Shown here: one piece after another, positions 29,393-38,642 of the stretch
How the letters are laid out: every line of letters starts with the position of its first letter
How positions within the stretch are numbered: position 1 is the stretch's first letter
Source: an uncultured Candidatus Saccharibacteria bacterium
GTDB taxonomy: Bacteria > Patescibacteriota > 4484-211 > JAGQKX01
DNA length: 64,000 nucleotides
Reading direction: 5' to 3'
NCBI GenBank assembly: GCA_964392315.1
Contig: CAYMOT010000003.1
Coordinates: forward strand, 3,665-67,664
The notes under the pieces: generated by a model
The model's input: the letters and a program-made list of their open reading frames with translations, nothing else
What the model was told of the DNA's origin: nothing
Database searches by the model: none
Position numbers and translations under genes: made by a program

Positions 29393-29899
29393 CTAGAATA
29401 AGAAAGTCTTTGTGTCTTCGTCTATATCAGCAAACCCGTCGGTTGCGGCAAGGAGCCTGTTTGAGGTTGTTTTGCCAAATGCGATAACCTCCGTACGCAC
29501 ACCTTGACTACGCGCATAGTCTAATAAATCTACATAATCTCCATCTCCGGATACGAGAACTAACACATCAATCTTAGGAAGCATCCTGACCGCATCCATA
29601 CACAAACCCACATCCCAGTCCCCTTTCTTTGCACCACCATAAAACACTTGCAGATCCTTTTCACGTACTTCGAATCCACGTTTGGTCAACGCATCAAAGA
29701 ATCCCTGCTCTGTTTCACTATCAGCCTTAATAACGTATGCAAACGCCCGAATTAGCTGCCTCCCGGCAATAGCAGTGGTTAAGATTTTTTCGTAACTTAC
29801 CTTTTTTTGATACAGATTCTTGGCGGAATAATAGAGGTTTTGCACATCTACAAATACTCCAACGCGCTGCTGTTTATGCTGTACAGAAGTTTGTGACAT
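29393..29899 (-). CDS. NYN/LabA-like domain protein
   Basis: VGVFVDVQNLYY...LVLVSGDGDYVDLL matches the NYN (PIN-like) fold signature. Confidence 0.6.
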   Translation of the reverse strand: MSQTSVQHKQQRVGVFVDVQNLYYSAKNLYQKKVSYEKILTTAIAGRQLIRAFAYVIKADSETEQGFFDALTKRGFEVREKDLQVFYGGAKKGDWDVGLCMDAVRMLPKIDVLVLVSGDGDYVDLLDYARSQGVRTEVIAFGKTTSNRLLAATDGFADIDEDTKTFLF

Positions 29900-29905
29900 A
29901 CTTTT

Positions 29906-31276
29906 CTATAAATTTTCTCGTAAATACTCCCTCAAGTTACCAATGGCAATCCGTTCCTGCTCCATCGTATCACGATTACGGATCGTTACCGAATTGTCCT
30001 CCAAGGAGTCAAAGTCAATGGTCACACAAAACGGTGTTCCAATTTCATCTTGTGCATAGTACCGTTTACCAATATTGCCACGATCATCCCAATCGCAAAC
30101 GAATTCTATCTTTAACAGATCAAATACGTGGCGTGCTTGGTTTACCAACTCTGGTTTATTTTTTAATAACGGAAATACCGCAACCTGAAATGGAGCAAGC
30201 TGATTCGGGAGTTTGAGCACTACGCGATCCGACTCTTCGACATACGCATTATCTAACACCATGAAAAGATTGCGGTCTAAACCCCACGTCGTTTCAAGCA
30301 CATGCGGCAAATACCGTTCATTGGTTATTGGGTCGGTGTAGGTAAGATCTTGCCCACTCTGTTGCTGGTGTGTACCCAAATCGTAATCTGTGCGGTAATG
30401 AAGGCCACTCACCTCATCAAAACCCCACGGAAATTCGTATTGTATGTCCTCTGCCGCCTTCGCATAAAAAATAAGTTTTGCATGCGGCTTCCATCGGAAT
30501 TTAGCTTTATCAATTCCCAACGTATCGATATACCAAGATTCAATTTCTGTACGCCATGCCTCAAACTGTTCTTCCCATTTTTGACCGTCAAAAAAGTATT
30601 GAATTTCCATCTGTTGAAACTCAAGCATACGAAACAGAAATTTCCCGGTTGTTATTTCATTACGAAAAACACGACCTTGCTGTGCCACACCAAATGGTAC
30701 CTTCTTTCTCGAAGAGGCGAGAATATTCTTGAAGTCCACATACATTCCTTGAGCAGTCTCTGCCCGTAAATAGAGATCCGACGCCTCACCTTCTGTCGAA
30801 CCGAGTTGTGTCTTAAACATTAGATTAAATTGCTTTACCGGTGTTAGTTCGTTACCTTCGGGAGACCGGATACCTTGATCTGTAATATAGGTATTGAAAT
30901 CATCGACAGAGAAGGTATCAGTTTCCGGTTTCTCTATTCCTCGTTCTTGTGTCCATGCCTCAATGAGGTGGTCTGCTCGATAGCGCCTATGCGTTACCTT
31001 ATCTTCAACCATTGGATCAGAAAATCCTCCTACATGACCACTCGCGACCCATACATTTGGATGCATAAAAATGGCACTTTCTAACCCTACGATATCTTCG
31101 CGCTGTCTCACAAATCTTTTCCACCATAGACTGCGTAAATTCTTTATAAGTTCTACCCCCATTGGGCCGTAGTCGTATACATTGGCAAGTCCACCATATA
31201 TTTCGGAGCTTGGAAAAACAAACCCACGCCTTTTAGCTAAAGAAACTATTTTTTCAAAACGAGAAGAATCTGACAT
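29906..31276 (-). CDS. glyQS: glycyl-tRNA synthetase, alpha2 (single-chain) type
   Basis: The N-terminus FEKIVSLAKRRGFVFPSSEIYGGLANVYDYGPMGVELIKNLRSLWWK is diagnostic. Start taken at MSDSS (cat at 31274-31276). Preceded by a T-box leader. Confidence 0.85.
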   Translation of the reverse strand: MSDSSRFEKIVSLAKRRGFVFPSSEIYGGLANVYDYGPMGVELIKNLRSLWWKRFVRQREDIVGLESAIFMHPNVWVASGHVGGFSDPMVEDKVTHRRYRADHLIEAWTQERGIEKPETDTFSVDDFNTYITDQGIRSPEGNELTPVKQFNLMFKTQLGSTEGEASDLYLRAETAQGMYVDFKNILASSRKKVPFGVAQQGRVFRNEITTGKFLFRMLEFQQMEIQYFFDGQKWEEQFEAWRTEIESWYIDTLGIDKAKFRWKPHAKLIFYAKAAEDIQYEFPWGFDEVSGLHYRTDYDLGTHQQQSGQDLTYTDPITNERYLPHVLETTWGLDRNLFMVLDNAYVEESDRVVLKLPNQLAPFQVAVFPLLKNKPELVNQARHVFDLLKIEFVCDWDDRGNIGKRYYAQDEIGTPFCVTIDFDSLEDNSVTIRNRDTMEQERIAIGNLREYLRENL

Positions 31277-31556
31277 AAAGATTAATCTAATAAACAAATA
31301 CGCAAATAGGCACATGACCCAACGCAATACAATGACTTTGCTTGTAATGTTAATTTATTTGTTTATTAACGCAAATGATCCCTAGCTTGCGCATAGGGAC
31401 CCTGAAAGGGCGGTTCCACCCTATTTGCTCACGACTGCTTGATTAGAATGTCGGAGCCTCTTTATTTGATTGACAACCCGGCTCAGGAGCGCCACCTCCG
31501 TCATAGCCATTATCTTAGCCGAAGTGTAGGTAATATGCATCGCTTTGTCAATATAC
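31277..31556 (-). promoter_or_regulatory. T-box riboswitch leader upstream of glyS (Gly-type, UGGA)
   Basis: Minus-strand AAAUAGGGUGGAACCGCCC (plus 31407-31421) matches T-box AGGGUGGNACCGCG 13/14, with UGGA fitting discriminator U73 of tRNA-Gly. It is followed by the terminator CCCUA-UGCGCAAGC-UAGGG plus a U-rich tail. A Stem-I candidate UUGACAA...UUGUCAA contains several GGC triplets. recO-leader-glyS order is as in Bacillus. Confidence 0.6.
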
Positions 31557-32180
31557 TTACTCCTCCACATATAGCTTCCTCAAAGCAGGCTGCTCAAAAA
31601 TACGAATGCTTTTCAGATCGCGTTCAATAATGTTTTGAATATATGATTTGTTGCGTTCCTTTGCATGGGAGTGATCATGCACTACACGATAGGAACCGAA
31701 TTCTTTTGAATTCCAGTACCCTAACTCATCCAATATGGTCTGCTCGCATAAACGAACAATGCGTTCTCGTGTCTGAACCTCATGCTCTTGTGCCAAAGCC
31801 TGTAAGAACCTTAGAAAGATCATATAGATCCGTTCATGCGCTTCGTCCTCAGGCAAGAGACGATCGATGATTTCTCCAACGTGGAACGCATGACCAAGAT
31901 GTTCCCAAGATTCTATCCGTGAACCAAATTGCTCAATAGTCTCAGCTTCCGTCAGGATACCCCAGTGCTCCTGTTCCACATAGGACAGTCGGACATGAGA
32001 AAACAACTCAATGTGCCCTTTTCGTTTTGAGTTTATTTTACGGACACCCTTAGCTATCAAAACCTGCTTCCCATACTCACGTGATAGTACCGTCACAATC
32101 TTGTCAGCTTCGGAATAATTTTGGCGTTTTAATATAATTCCCGTGATGGTGTGTTTTTGTGGCATAGTATGAATGTACAC
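31557..32180 (-). CDS. recO: DNA repair protein RecO
   Basis: N-terminal OB-fold pattern TGIILKRQNYSEADKIVTVLSREYGK...AKGVRK; about 200 aa. Likely start is MPQKHT. Confidence 0.7.
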   Translation of the reverse strand: MYIHTMPQKHTITGIILKRQNYSEADKIVTVLSREYGKQVLIAKGVRKINSKRKGHIELFSHVRLSYVEQEHWGILTEAETIEQFGSRIESWEHLGHAFHVGEIIDRLLPEDEAHERIYMIFLRFLQALAQEHEVQTRERIVRLCEQTILDELGYWNSKEFGSYRVVHDHSHAKERNKSYIQNIIERDLKSIRIFEQPALRKLYVEE

Positions 32181-32204
32181 TGAAACGTCAAAAAGGTTAA
32201 ATCC

Positions 32205-33596
32205 TTACATTGCTCCTGTTCCTTTGATAACTACCGGAATGGTTTGCAGTAATAACTTGAGATCAAGCGCAAAACTTGCATGCGTTGCGTAGTATGCGTC
32301 CATAGCAACCCGCTCAGAAAATTCTATATTGCTTCGTCCCGATACTTGCCAAATCCCGGTAATGCCTGGACGAACCGTGGTCAATCTTCGCACAAGCCCT
32401 TTTGCTTCAGGAAATTTCTCCAACTGTGAATCGAGCTCTTTCTTCAAATAAGCCCGCGGACCGACCAAGCTAATTTCCCCACGCAGCACATTGATGAGCT
32501 GCGGTAGCTCGTCTATGCTTGTTTTACGTATAATAGCCCCGACTCGTGTAACTCGTGGATCATGTAGTAACTTATAGTTTTTTTGTTTATCCTTTAATTG
32601 TTCCACTTGCGTATTTGCATCTGCATGCACTAATACTCCATCGACCTCAAGCATCCTCATACTTCGAAACTTCAAAAGGTCAAATTCGGCACCATTTTTA
32701 CCAACCCTCCGGTGTCGATATAGAATCGTCCCATTTGAGTCTAGTTTAATGGCAACAGCTACTACAGCAAGTAAGGGAGAAATTAGAATGAGAGCAAGTA
32801 GAGCACCAAAGAGATCAATTACTCGCTTGAAGACAGCATACCACCCATCAATTGCTGTAACAGACAGAGTAATCATAGGGACTCCGGCAAGATTATACGT
32901 TGCTACATTTGCTGCAGGTACCTCAAATAAGTTAGGAACAAATCGGAATACTTTCCCGTGTTCTTCGCAAATGTTTATAATTGAAGCGACTTTATCATTC
33001 GATAGTGTTGTATCAGTTTGTATTACTTCATCAGGGAAATATTCATTAAACGCTGACATGAAGTTTTCAATGGGAACCACTGCAACAACTTTAATCCCTG
33101 GATCGCGTTCTGCCTCAATTCCCTCAAGAACAATCTGAGTAGTGTTACCACTCCCGGTAATAAGAAGTTTCCGGATGCCGTATCCTCTCTTATATAGCTC
33201 ACGTACACCTACTTCTCTAAAAAGTCTAATGACTATTAATAACACTACTGCTAAGATGGCCGATACTATTAATACTATGCGAGAAAATTCAACTTCCCCC
33301 AGGAAAAAGATGAACGAGCTCGTGAGAGTAATCGCTGCAAGCGAGCCAATTATAATGCCAAGCAATTCATCCCATTCTTTCCTTTGAATATCAATGCGGT
33401 AAATACCACTCAACCACAAGCATATAATCCAGAGAAGGCTAAATCCCATTGCAAGCGGAACATAATCTGCAAAAGGAATAAGGAAAGTATCCTCTAAACT
33501 CCCCCGCAATACATATGCAAGAATAAATGAAGTTAAAATGCCCAAATAATCTAGTGGGAGAATTAGTACTCTAATAAGCAACTCGCTACGTTTCAT
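32205..33596 (-). CDS. polyprenyl-phosphate sugar-1-phosphate transferase (WbaP/PssY-type initiating transferase)
   Basis: Several N-terminal TM helices. C-terminal bacterial sugar transferase domain KFRSM...PRVTRVG...[21 protein letters not shown]. Confidence 0.8.
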   Translation of the reverse strand: MKRSELLIRVLILPLDYLGILTSFILAYVLRGSLEDTFLIPFADYVPLAMGFSLLWIICLWLSGIYRIDIQRKEWDELLGIIIGSLAAITLTSSFIFFLGEVEFSRIVLIVSAILAVVLLIVIRLFREVGVRELYKRGYGIRKLLITGSGNTTQIVLEGIEAERDPGIKVVAVVPIENFMSAFNEYFPDEVIQTDTTLSNDKVASIINICEEHGKVFRFVPNLFEVPAANVATYNLAGVPMITLSVTAIDGWYAVFKRVIDLFGALLALILISPLLAVVAVAIKLDSNGTILYRHRRVGKNGAEFDLLKFRSMRMLEVDGVLVHADANTQVEQLKDKQKNYKLLHDPRVTRVGAIIRKTSIDELPQLINVLRGEISLVGPRAYLKKELDSQLEKFPEAKGLVRRLTTVRPGITGIWQVSGRSNIEFSERVAMDAYYATHASFALDLKLLLQTIPVVIKGTGAM

Positions 33597-33665
33597 ACCA
33601 TGTTTTCCTTTCTATAAAATACTATGCACTCTTTCCGCCTTCATTACCCGTCTACTTCATACTGT

Positions 33666-34532
33666 CTAGTAAATAAAAACTATTACCGTAATCAGCCAGA
33701 ATATGACATTCAGCTGCAGTGGTTTGTCCTTTAGAAGCATCTCTGTTGGGGCACCACCTTCATTTCTTTGATAGATAAGATAAAACGTTCTAAAAATACC
33801 ATAGACGACAAACACAACGGTAAAAATTAGGTTATGCGTATGAAAGCGTTCAATGGTTGTCTCAGCCATAGTGTACAACACATACATAACAACCGTAATT
33901 GTGGTGACAATGATGAGCATACTATCAAGCATCTCTTTGGAATACTCACCCAAAACTTTTCTATGCTTAACCGTATTTTCTCCTAAGTTCATAAGTTCAT
34001 GCCGTCGTTTCCCCAGAATAAGGAATAACGCAGCAAAAAACGTGGCTGCCAAGAGCCATGGAGAGATTACCACTTGTATCGCTACAGCACCGGCAATTGC
34101 ACGTAGCACAAACCCAGATGCAACTGACATAAGGTCTATAATGACAATCTTCTTGAGCCAAAATGAATAGACCAGGTTCAAGACAAAATACAGTGAGAGC
34201 GTGCCAAGCATTGCCAGTGAATACCAATAGATGCTTCCTCCAATCGCAAGCAGTATACAAATCGCAAAGGTGAGCAATGCATGCTCTGGTTGCACCTTGC
34301 CCGAAGCAATCGGACGATGTTTTTTTTCAGGATGTAAAGCGTCTTCTTTTCTATCGAGTGTGTCGTTCAAAAGATACACTGAAGAGGAAACTAACGTGAA
34401 TAGTACAAACCCACCCAACGCGTGGAGAAATGCATCTAAGACAAACAATTCTTGCGAAAATACAAGCGCTGCGAAAACTAATACGTTTTTAATCCATTGT
34501 TTTGGACGACACGCTAGAATAATGTCATACAT
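33666..34532 (-). CDS. UbiA-family prenyltransferase, decaprenyl-phosphate phosphoribosyltransferase (DPPR synthase)-like
   Basis: RPKQWIKN and NDTLDRKEDALHPEKKHRPIASGKV resemble the DPPR-synthase signature (RPxQWxKN; NDxxDxxxDxxHPxKxxRPIAxG); about 8 TM. Confidence 0.6.
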   Translation of the reverse strand: MYDIILACRPKQWIKNVLVFAALVFSQELFVLDAFLHALGGFVLFTLVSSSVYLLNDTLDRKEDALHPEKKHRPIASGKVQPEHALLTFAICILLAIGGSIYWYSLAMLGTLSLYFVLNLVYSFWLKKIVIIDLMSVASGFVLRAIAGAVAIQVVISPWLLAATFFAALFLILGKRRHELMNLGENTVKHRKVLGEYSKEMLDSMLIIVTTITVVMYVLYTMAETTIERFHTHNLIFTVVFVVYGIFRTFYLIYQRNEGGAPTEMLLKDKPLQLNVIFWLITVIVFIY

Positions 34533-34550
34533 AGGTAATTGCTCATGCAG

Positions 34551-35687
34551 TTAGTGCTCAGTTGCATGCGCTTTTGAAACAACATTCTGTATATCCTGCA
34601 GAAAGCGTTCGCGAGAAAAGCTCTTGGCATGTTCACGAATATACGCAGCACTAAACGTCATTGTTTCAAAGCGTTGAAGTGCTTCAGCAAGCGCGGCTTC
34701 TGTTTGGAAGGCAAAGAACACCCCTGTTTTATCCTGCTCTACTGTTTCCTGTGCACCTCCCGCATTATACGCGATAACCGGTTTTCCAAGCGCTTGTGCT
34801 TCAATAGCCGTAATACCAAAGTCCTCCTCCTGAGGATATATAAAAGCACGTGTATTTTTCATATATTCTACAACGACTTCATCTGGAACAAAGCCCAGAA
34901 ATTCAATGGATTCTCCTGCAATAGATTCTAGGTAAGACCGTTGCGGTCCTGCCCCAATGATTTTAAGTGGCAAGCCAAGGTTTGTACACGCACGTACGGC
35001 AATATCGACACGTTTGTGAGCTGCTAATCTCGAAACAATGAGGAAATACCTTTCTTGTTCACCACTCACCAGTGGCTGATCAAGAAATCTCTGCAAATCC
35101 GCAAATGGATATATAACCGAAGCATCCCGCCGATAAATTTTCCGAATACGCTTTGCGACATTTTTACTATTACCTACCAGGTAATCAATTCGCTGAGCTG
35201 CAGCAAAGTCATGCATCCGAAGGACTGTCAACACTGGATGAAGAAATAGCTTCATGATTGGTCGTAGCAGTATAAAGGATTTCCGTATTGAATCCTCAGT
35301 ATACTCAGCTGGCCCAAAGCCATCCGTTACTGGCCATAAAAAACGCGGCGGGGTATTAATATACGCGATATGTACTGTCTGGGGTTGTGTAATAACGCTT
35401 TTAGCAAATCGTGTTGATGAGGAAATGACCACATCAAACCCATTGAGCCGAAAGCGTTCAAAGACAAGCGGATGCAAAAAGAACAAGACATTTATGAGTT
35501 TTTTAAAGATACTAAATTGAAAGAAGGATGTACGCAAACGTTCTACCGGAAATGTTTTTGGGAGCACATTAGGGTCATATGCCAAGGTGTATACCGGAGC
35601 ATCAGGGAATAACTCCATCATCGCCTCGACGACTCGTTCAGCCCCACCCCACTGCATAAAATCGTCATGTACCAATGCAACTTTCAT
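34551..35687 (-). CDS. GT4 glycosyltransferase
   Basis: GT-B fold with a C-terminal E(x7)E-type region (FGITAIEAQALGKPVIA). Confidence 0.7.
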   Translation of the reverse strand: MKVALVHDDFMQWGGAERVVEAMMELFPDAPVYTLAYDPNVLPKTFPVERLRTSFFQFSIFKKLINVLFFLHPLVFERFRLNGFDVVISSSTRFAKSVITQPQTVHIAYINTPPRFLWPVTDGFGPAEYTEDSIRKSFILLRPIMKLFLHPVLTVLRMHDFAAAQRIDYLVGNSKNVAKRIRKIYRRDASVIYPFADLQRFLDQPLVSGEQERYFLIVSRLAAHKRVDIAVRACTNLGLPLKIIGAGPQRSYLESIAGESIEFLGFVPDEVVVEYMKNTRAFIYPQEEDFGITAIEAQALGKPVIAYNAGGAQETVEQDKTGVFFAFQTEAALAEALQRFETMTFSAAYIREHAKSFSRERFLQDIQNVVSKAHATEH

Positions 35688-35842
35688 ACACCATATTGTA
35701 CCAGCTTGGGATACTTTGAGCCGCTACTATCCATAATATCTACAAAAAGGTATAATTGGCGTGTTACTGACACATCTGTTACATCACCGTTTAGTCATAC
35801 TTTCAAATAGTTTTCTATCTGTATAGTGCACTGTAAAAGAAC

Positions 35843-36202
35843 GTGTTCCGTTACACAAAGGTGGTGAATTATATGGAAAAAAGACTATTTGTTGGTGGAC
35901 TCTCTTGGGATACTACAGAAGATTCTCTAAGAGCCCTCTTCGCACAAGCTGGTACCGTCGTATCTGTTCAAATTATTACTGATCGTGATACAGGAAAGTC
36001 CAAAGGCTTTGGCTTTGTCGAGATGTCAACAGGTGAAGAAGCAGCCTCTGCTATTCAGCAATTTAATGGCAAGGAGCTTGATGGCCGTGCTATTAATGTT
36101 AACGAAGCCCGTCCGAAAGAAGAGCGAAATGACAATCGTGGCGGTGGCCGAGGAGGCCAGCGTGGAGGCGGAGATCGTAGAGGTTACTCAAATCGGTATT
36201 AA
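35843..36202 (+). CDS. RRM-type RNA-binding protein with RGG/Gly-rich tail
   Basis: RNP-2 LFVGGL and RNP-1 KGFGFVEM, plus a C-terminal RGGGRGGQRGGGDRRG tail. SD AGGUGG sits 8 nt upstream. Confidence 0.8.
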   Translation: MFRYTKVVNYMEKRLFVGGLSWDTTEDSLRALFAQAGTVVSVQIITDRDTGKSKGFGFVEMSTGEEAASAIQQFNGKELDGRAINVNEARPKEERNDNRGGGRGGQRGGGDRRGYSNRY

Positions 36203-36220
36203 TTCGATTGAATAACTCTG

Positions 36221-36262
36221 ACAAACACCCATTCTTTTGTACAAAGGTGGGTGTTTTGTTAT
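36221..36262 (+). terminator. rho-independent terminator of the RRM gene
   Basis: CAAACACCCA-(16 nt with inner CTTTGTACAAAG palindrome)-TGGGTGTTTTG, followed by TTATT. Confidence 0.6.
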
Positions 36263-36283
36263 TCACGCTTATTTACTCATGAA

Positions 36284-37339
36284 TTATTGTTCGCCATTAC
36301 TAACCATATCAGATGCTGTATGACGATCTGTGTTCGTATTAGATATATCCATTCCAATCCCTAACTTCAACCATACCAATGCACCTGGAATGGTAATTGC
36401 AAGAAATTGGACTACATGACTTACCAACGCATACCCCGCAGCAGCAGAGTGACTGATTCCCAAAAGACCTAGCGTCGCAACGGTCACGTATTCAAAAGTA
36501 CCGACATAACCCGGAGACGAAGGGATCAATATTGCAAGATTAAGCATTCCCATCACAAACATTCCTTGAAGAAACGAAACATCAAAGGAGAAGCTCACCG
36601 CTGCAATATAATAAAACGCTGCCTCACACAGCCATATCGCAAGTGATGTACCAGCCACACCGAACAATAATGAAGGATTACGCAGGAACTCAAGACCGCT
36701 GGTGAACACATTAAGAAGACTCTCAACCTTTGTCCGAATCTGATGTGGAAGAAGGCGCAATATCTTCGCGATAAGTTTTGTCGCGTGAGTATTGAAATAA
36801 AGCAAAAATAAAAATCCAACAAGTGCAAACACAAAAAGGGCAGCCGAGAACCAAATAATGTTTCGCATCCATGGCTGTATCGGCATAACACTTGCTCCGA
36901 TAATCGTAAGCAAAACCAGCGCCAACCCATCAAAAAGCCTTTCTGCTGCTATAGTGGCAAATACGGTGGTTTTTGAAATGTCCTCTTTACTACCGACAAT
37001 AAACGGCCGAACAAACTCACCAGCGCGAAGAGGAAGCGTGTTGTTCGCGGTAAATCCCACAAGAACATACATCATTGAACGCTTCCATGAGATATTTTTT
37101 ATTGGGAGAAGCAGCACTCTTGCGCGTACTCCCCGTATAGCATATCCAATAAGCCACACTACTAGCCCAATAAGAAGCAGTAGCACATTGGCTGTAGTAA
37201 TTGCACGCAAGAAATCAGCATAGTGAAGGTCTCTAACCACAAGCCACAAGAAAAAAGTGCTTATGATAATCCCAATACTTATTTTTAAATATTTATTCAT
37301 ATGTGTGCACTCCTGACTGGAATTCAGCAAATGTATCAA
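36284..37339 (-). CDS. flippase-like membrane protein (UPF0104 / lysyl-PG synthase TM-region family)
   Basis: About 8 TM with a family-typical N-terminus (KISIGIIISTFFLWLVVRD). Often paired with glycosyltransferases. Probable start is MNKYLK. Confidence 0.45.
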   Translation of the reverse strand: MIHLLNSSQECTHMNKYLKISIGIIISTFFLWLVVRDLHYADFLRAITTANVLLLLIGLVVWLIGYAIRGVRARVLLLPIKNISWKRSMMYVLVGFTANNTLPLRAGEFVRPFIVGSKEDISKTTVFATIAAERLFDGLALVLLTIIGASVMPIQPWMRNIIWFSAALFVFALVGFLFLLYFNTHATKLIAKILRLLPHQIRTKVESLLNVFTSGLEFLRNPSLLFGVAGTSLAIWLCEAAFYYIAAVSFSFDVSFLQGMFVMGMLNLAILIPSSPGYVGTFEYVTVATLGLLGISHSAAAGYALVSHVVQFLAITIPGALVWLKLGIGMDISNTNTDRHTASDMVSNGEQ

Positions 37340-38411
37340 ATATAAAACGCTTCATAGCATCTGCGTGCGATGTGCGATCAAAGCGCCGGGCGTTCTGAAC
37401 GAGTGTATGTGTGTCCCACTCAATAGACTCAACCCGTCGCACGGCTTCTGCAAGTGCATCTGCTGTGGGCTCATAAAACAGGACTCCCGATTTTCCGTCG
37501 ATAACTGTTTCTAATGCTCCGCCTTGCCCAAATGCAACGACTGGTGTTCCACACGCTTGAGCTTCTACTGGTGTTATGCCAAAGTCATCAAGACCAGGAA
37601 ATACAAATGCCTTGGCGTGTGCAAATAACTTCGCGACTGTATCATCATCTTGCCAACCTAAAAATTCAATATTTTTTCCTGCACGACTTAACAGTTCATT
37701 GTGCTTTCTTCCCGATCCACTAACTATTTTTAGTGGATACCCTAACTCGGTAAAGGCGTCTATGGCCAAGTGCACCCGTTTATTCGGTTCAAAACTGCCT
37801 ACCATAAAATAGTAATCCTCTTTTGCGTCTGAGGGAATATACCGTGATGTATCAACAGGCGGGTAAATGACCGTGCTTTTTCTGCGGTATGTTTTGTAGA
37901 TACGATTTTGGACATTATGGGAATTAGCAATAAGCGCATCAACCCGTGGCGTAGATAATACATCCCATGTTCTTAAAAATGTTAACTGTGGAGGTATTAC
38001 TGCACGTTTCCACCAACTCATTTGTTGTTTACCAAAGTATTCATTAGTAAACTCCCAAGCATCCCTCATTGGTGAATGGATATAACTAATATGGCACGTA
38101 TTAGTAGGCACGATTATACCTTTTGCAATTCGATGACTAGTTGAAATTACCAAATCGTATCCAGAAAAGTTAAACGCCTCTATTGCCATTGGCATGAGCG
38201 GATATGTATATCGATAATACTTTTCAAATCTTGGTAATTTCTGAAGGAAGCTCGTGAAAATTGTATGACTTTCTATTGTTTTCGAAGTTGATCCAGGAAC
38301 ATGTAATAACGTAAAAATTGGAGCATCGGGAAAAAGCTCACAGAGTACTTCAAGCACACGCTCCCCTCCCCGCATACTCACCAACCAATCGTGTACAAGT
38401 GCCACTTTCAT
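37293..38411 (-). CDS. GT4 glycosyltransferase
   Basis: MKVALVHDWLVSMRGGERV is a GT4 N-terminus; C-terminal FGITPVEAQACGTPVVA. The likely start is at 38411 (cat at 38409-38411). The 37293-37339 overlap with the upstream gene disappears if that gene starts at MNKYLK. Confidence 0.7.
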   Translation of the reverse strand: MKVALVHDWLVSMRGGERVLEVLCELFPDAPIFTLLHVPGSTSKTIESHTIFTSFLQKLPRFEKYYRYTYPLMPMAIEAFNFSGYDLVISTSHRIAKGIIVPTNTCHISYIHSPMRDAWEFTNEYFGKQQMSWWKRAVIPPQLTFLRTWDVLSTPRVDALIANSHNVQNRIYKTYRRKSTVIYPPVDTSRYIPSDAKEDYYFMVGSFEPNKRVHLAIDAFTELGYPLKIVSGSGRKHNELLSRAGKNIEFLGWQDDDTVAKLFAHAKAFVFPGLDDFGITPVEAQACGTPVVAFGQGGALETVIDGKSGVLFYEPTADALAEAVRRVESIEWDTHTLVQNARRFDRTSHADAMKRFIFDTFAEFQSGVHTYE

Positions 38412-38642
38412 TTGTAAATTGTACCAAAACGCAAAAACCCCCATCGATTACTCTCTGGGGGACTTTGCGATAAATGCGTTATAAATAAAGGTGCGAGACC
38501 TTCAGAACCCGTTAATTTGTGAGCTGAAGGGACGATATTCATGCCTGGACATGTGTATACCGTCTAGAAAAACTACATAATTGTAACATGAATGTCAAAC
38601 ATATGTAAAAGTTTAGTAAGAAAGGGCTCACTGCAGTACATT

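Noticed and set aside
31439-31630. 63-aa plus-strand ORF overlapping the glyS leader
   Set aside because: It lies antisense within the T-box leader and recO 3' end, so it is most likely spurious.
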